Source: Candidatus Omnitrophota bacterium (GTDB lineage: Bacteria > Omnitrophota > Gorgyraeia > JAHJTE01). From it: a stretch of DNA of 64,000 bases. Where the stretch lies: NCBI GenBank assembly GCA_040753675.1, contig JBFMEB010000009.1, forward strand, positions 3,407 to 67,406, given 5' to 3'. A program made the translations under genes and the position numbers. Positions 60,480-64,000 of the stretch are shown piece by piece (positions within the stretch are counted from its first letter, which is position 1; the number at the start of each line of letters is the position of its first letter). The notes under the pieces were generated by a model. The model saw only the letters and a program-made list of their open reading frames with translations, did not search any database and was not told the origin of the DNA.

Positions 60480-60587
60480 CTAATTTTTACATTTTACATT
60501 GTCATTTTGATATTTAATTTTTGATATTTGCATTTATAAACCAAATGCAATTGTCATTTAGTTGACAAGGCACCATAAGAAAGGTAT

Positions 60588-60622
60588 TTAATCTTGCTTA
60601 CGCCAAGATTAATTGTTATAAT
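60588..60622 (+). promoter_or_regulatory. Putative sigma70 promoter of the MFS gene with overlapping inverted repeat
   Basis: TTGCTT (60594)-17 nt-TATAAT (60617) with TGn. TTAATCTTG-N7-CAAGATTAA at 60588-60612 covers the -35. Confidence 0.6.
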
Positions 60623-60664
60623 TACCATATTTATCACTAATTCAATTACAAGAATGGAGATCAA

Positions 60665-62191
60665 ATGACGACACACCATGTCACCGCCCCCCAAGACCGC
60701 ATTCCTTTTTTTCAGAAATTCATATACAGTATAGGAGCATTTGCGAATACTGCCCAGGCAGCTTTTATCGGACAGATGGTCATTGTTTTAAACCTGGGGT
60801 TAGGCGTAAATCCCGCCTTAGTGGGTTTAGTCGGAGCCCTACCCCGTATTATTGACGCCATATCTGATCCTATAACTGGATACTTTTCTGATAATCTACG
60901 GACCCGTTGGGGACGCCGAAGGCCGCTTATATTCTTTGGCGCTGTTACCGGCGGAATTACTTACGCATTGATGTATCAGCTCTATAAGGGCCATAGCGAA
61001 GGTTTCTATGTCTGGTATTTCGGAATATTCCAGGCCCTTTATTTTATTGGGTTTACCTGTTTTTCCATTCCCTGGATAGCGCTGGGATACGAAATGACCC
61101 CTGATTATCATGAGCGCACACGCTTGCAGGGGGCTAGTAATTTTGTTGGCCAATTACCCTGGCTTATCGCTCCTTGGTGCTGGGCCATTATGCACAACCA
61201 GAACTGGTTCCCAGATATAGTTTACGGCGGAAGAGTTCTTGCTATCATTATCGGCAGTGTTATCATCGGTTGTGGTATCCTTCCTGCTATTTTTAATAAA
61301 GAATACTTCCACACCTTACCAAAACCTGATGTTAGGGGCGCTTGGAGCGTGACGAAAGACTTCTTTGCTGGGGGTTTCGTAACTCTTAAATGTAGGCCAT
61401 TCTTGAAGCTGTGCCTATTTACCTTACTGATCTTTGGCGGATTCATGTGCGCTTCAGCTTTTACCATCTACGTTGTTTTCTTCTATGTCTTTGGAAATGC
61501 TCCAGTGCTTGATCAAGCCTATGCAAACGGCGGTCGCCTGCTCGGTATCTATGGGACTTTTTCTGCTATTTGTACTATGGGAGTCATTTATTTAACCACA
61601 TGGCTATCTAGAAGGCTCGGCAAGAGAAATACATTTTTTATAACTCTGCCTCTTTCAATCATCGGTTACGCTTTGAAGTGGATTGGTTATAATCCTGCGC
61701 ATCCGTACTTACTTTTGGTCGCCGCTCCGTTCATCTCATTCGGTCTGGGATCACTTTTCACATTAGTCAGCTCCATGGTAGCTGATGTATGTGACCTTGA
61801 TGAACTTACTACCGAAACACGCAGAGAAGGCATGTTTGGTGCTATTTACTGGTGGATGGTAAAATTAGGAGTCGCGCTTTCATCGTTTATCTCCGGAATT
61901 CTACTGAATGCAACTGGTTTCAAAGTTACATTAGGGCTTGCTCAAACAACGCAAACATTATTAAATTTGCGGCTGTGCGATATCGGTATCCCGATTGTGA
62001 CCACTTTAATCGCCATTTTTGTTATTATGACTTTTGATATCACAGAAGCTAAAGCCTGTGAAATCCGTGTCCATGTAGAGCGCAGAAGAGGAGAAAGACG
62101 AGTAGAAGAAGAAAGACGCAGAGAAGAAAGACGAGTAGAAGAAGAAAGACGAGTAGAAGAAGAAAGACGAGAAGAAGAAAGACGGGAGTGA
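60665..62191 (+). CDS. GPH-family (MelB/XynP-like) MFS sugar:cation symporter with an E/R-repeat tail
   Basis: RIIDAISDP..G..SD..RTRWGRRRP, EMTPDYHERTRL, SMVADVCD.DEL.T..RREG.F. Confidence 0.95.
   Translation: MTTHHVTAPQDRIPFFQKFIYSIGAFANTAQAAFIGQMVIVLNLGLGVNPALVGLVGALPRIIDAISDPITGYFSDNLRTRWGRRRPLIFFGAVTGGITYALMYQLYKGHSEGFYVWYFGIFQALYFIGFTCFSIPWIALGYEMTPDYHERTRLQGASNFVGQLPWLIAPWCWAIMHNQNWFPDIVYGGRVLAIIIGSVIIGCGILPAIFNKEYFHTLPKPDVRGAWSVTKDFFAGGFVTLKCRPFLKLCLFTLLIFGGFMCASAFTIYVVFFYVFGNAPVLDQAYANGGRLLGIYGTFSAICTMGVIYLTTWLSRRLGKRNTFFITLPLSIIGYALKWIGYNPAHPYLLLVAAPFISFGLGSLFTLVSSMVADVCDLDELTTETRREGMFGAIYWWMVKLGVALSSFISGILLNATGFKVTLGLAQTTQTLLNLRLCDIGIPIVTTLIAIFVIMTFDITEAKACEIRVHVERRRGERRVEEERRREERRVEEERRVEEERREEERRE
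62092..62188 (+). repeat. 18-nt tandem repeat encoding ERR(V/R/E)EE
   Basis: About five agaaagacgagtagaaga-type units. Confidence 0.9.
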
Positions 62192-62198
62192 TAGTAGG

Positions 62199-64000
62199 AT
62201 GAAAATTCGTAGATACTCGATACTCGATACTCGATACTCGATAATTTATTTGCTAACGTTTTTTTTGCTAGCATCTAGCATCTGGCATCTAGCATCGAGC
62301 CATGCAGAAGTTCTTCCATCCACTGAATACGTGCGAAATGCCTGGGATGCGTCAAGTAAAAAGGACCTTGAGTCGTTGGAAAAGATCGTGAACACCTGTA
62401 TTGAAAACTATTCGGAAGAAGCATTAGAGCAGCAAGCCAGTTTGCATGCCCTTGCTACGAAAGATAAGGCACAAGATTATCCAGCTCTAAATGATGTAGC
62501 AACATGCTATTTTATTCGCGGCGAGGCAAATTTTAAAGCCGGCAAGTTAAAAGAAGCAAAAGTCGACCTTAAAGAAGTAATTGATAATTATCATTATGCT
62601 CAAGCTTGGGATCCGCGGGGTTGGTTCTGGTCAGTAGCCGAGAAGAGTCAAGCGATTCTTGATAAAATTAAAGTGATGGAAGAAGGAGAACTTACCCCTG
62701 GAAATTTAGAGACAAGACCACTTGAAAGACCCGCAACAAAATTGACACTTTATGATTCTGGAAAAGAATCAGTCGTAAATTATGAAAAATACGGAAAGTT
62801 TATTGGCAGGGGCAGCAAAGATTATAAATATGAAATTACTGACCAGGAAGGCCTGGTCCAGGCAGTGGGAGAAGGCATTTATCCGAATACTACGAGCGTG
62901 CGCTGGGATCCTAATTTCAGGAAGGCGATGAAGGCAGGCAGATTAGAAGGCAGTCATTGGGATTTTGTGTACACTCCTGATTTAGAAGCAAACTTTTATA
63001 AATGGGCCACGGCCAGTGAACCCGAAGGAGTAAAACTTTTTTATATCGGGCTGGCTTTAGAGCGGGCTGGCTTCATCGAGCATGCCATAAAAGCCTATTA
63101 TGCCATTGTGGTACATTTTCCTGCGAGTTACGGCTGGACTTATTGGCAGACGCCTTGGTATGTAGGACCAGCAGCAATTGGCAAGATAAAGTATTTGACT
63201 TTCCGGTATCCGAAGTTGGGTATAAAACTTGAAGGGGCAAAGGTGAGGATAATTAATGCCTTTGATAAGAATATTAGTAATGACCTGGTTATTGCTGACC
63301 CTGGCAAATTGGTTAAAAAAACTATGTTAGATAAGGTTAGTCTAGCGCAGACTAGCGAGAAGATTAAGGTAAAGGTGGTAAAGAAAATCGGGGGGACACG
63401 GATAAAGCTCGTTCAGTTCGATAATCGCCATTGGCGGCTCTACGTAAACTCTAAACCCTATATAATTAAAGGTATATCCTATGCGCCTACAAAGGTGGGT
63501 CAGAGTCCGGATGACGGGTCGCTCTCCAACTGGATGGATTATGATTATAACCATAATGGTCTCTGCGACGGACCATTTGATTCCTTTATAGATAAAAATT
63601 TGAATAATAAACAGGATAAGGATGAATTTCCTATCGGAGATTTTCAGTTGATGAAGAATATGGGCGTTAATACCATTAGAGTTTATCATCAGCCTTTTAC
63701 CTTTACGAAGGCCAACAAAAAACTCTTAAGGAAACTTTACGATGATTTTGGAATTATGGTGATTATGGGCGATTTTTTAGGTAAATATGCCATTGGTTCA
63801 GGAGCGAGTTGGTACGAAGGCACGGACTATGAGAATCCCGAACATCAAAAGAATATGTTAGATTCAGTTATTAAGATGGTGAATGAATTTAAAGATGAGC
63901 CCTATATTCTGATGTGGTTATTGGGTAATGAAAATGTTTACGGAATTGCGTGTAACGCCGATAAAAAGCCGCAGGCCTTCTTCGCGTTTTGCGATAAAGT
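62199..64000 (+). CDS. Secreted TPR + GH2-like TIM-barrel glycoside hydrolase (3'-truncated; absent from ORF track)
   Basis: Manual translation from ATG 62199: signal MKIRRYSILDTRYSIIYLLTFFLLASSIWHLASSHA; TPR ALNDVATCYFIRGE...AQAWDPRGWFW; LYVNSKPYIIKGISY, DFQLMKNMGVNTIRVY, LMWLLGNEN (clan GH-A acid/base). The same frame holds at the window end. Confidence 0.85.
   Translation, partial: MKIRRYSILDTRYSIIYLLTFFLLASSIWHLASSHAEVLPSTEYVRNAWDASSKKDLESLEKIVNTCIENYSEEALEQQASLHALATKDKAQDYPALNDVATCYFIRGEANFKAGKLKEAKVDLKEVIDNYHYAQAWDPRGWFWSVAEKSQAILDKIKVMEEGELTPGNLETRPLERPATKLTLYDSGKESVVNYEKYGKFIGRGSKDYKYEITDQEGLVQAVGEGIYPNTTSVRWDPNFRKAMKAGRLEGSHWDFVYTPDLEANFYKWATASEPEGVKLFYIGLALERAGFIEHAIKAYYAIVVHFPASYGWTYWQTPWYVGPAAIGKIKYLTFRYPKLGIKLEGAKVRIINAFDKNISNDLVIADPGKLVKKTMLDKVSLAQTSEKIKVKVVKKIGGTRIKLVQFDNRHWRLYVNSKPYIIKGISYAPTKVGQSPDDGSLSNWMDYDYNHNGLCDGPFDSFIDKNLNNKQDKDEFPIGDFQLMKNMGVNTIRVYHQPFTFTKANKKLLRKLYDDFGIMVIMGDFLGKYAIGSGASWYEGTDYENPEHQKNMLDSVIKMVNEFKDEPYILMWLLGNENVYGIACNADKKPQAFFAFCDK

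Noticed and set aside
60562-60590. TTGACA at 60562 as the MFS promoter -35
   Set aside because: The hexamer at 17-nt spacing (TATTTA) is a poor -10; the TTGCTT/TATAAT pair downstream fits better, though tandem promoters are not excluded.
51558-62296. CRISPR array among the intergenic repeats
   Set aside because: Units are 7-18 nt, tandem or inverted, without unique spacers or cas genes.
1-64000. tRNA, rRNA, integrase or transposase genes
   Set aside because: None recognised by eye; a covariance-model scan was not possible.

Overview
About 80% of the window is one uninterrupted + strand ORF. Frame +2 is open from base 2 to the TAA at 51550, so it is 5'-truncated and at least 17,182 aa. It reads as a mosaic of roughly 40 recognisable domains: RND C-terminus, Gfo/Idh/MocA, an alpha-glucan block (phosphorylase-like, kinase, HAD, GH13, glycogen synthase, GlpX), zincin HExxH, DUF4347/CPD-like, several GNATs, guanylate and carbamate kinase, CheD-like, DarT-like, EamA, EndoU-like, nucleotidyltransferase, sigma70-like, methyltransferase and Tat-like signal-LysM-L,D-transpeptidase. 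These domains are separated by a recurrent family of hydrophobic hairpin linkers. The architecture resembles Candidatus Omnitrophota giant proteins (inference; no marker gene is present). The giant frame also reads straight through an antisense transcription unit: near-consensus sigma70 promoter, palindromic operator, Shine-Dalgarno and a CopG/BrnA-type antitoxin gene, flanked by direct repeats. It further contains in-frame palindromic and heptamer repeat insertions. Downstream are a PilZ-ROK fusion regulator, two PilZ genes and a sugar-utilisation locus (GH94, ABC binding protein plus two permeases, GPH-family MFS, TPR-GH2-like gene running off the end). A repeat-flanked four-helix-bundle cassette and an inverted, internally deleted copy of it sit in the spacers. 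All domain calls are by eye from motifs and domain boundaries are approximate; no searches were run.
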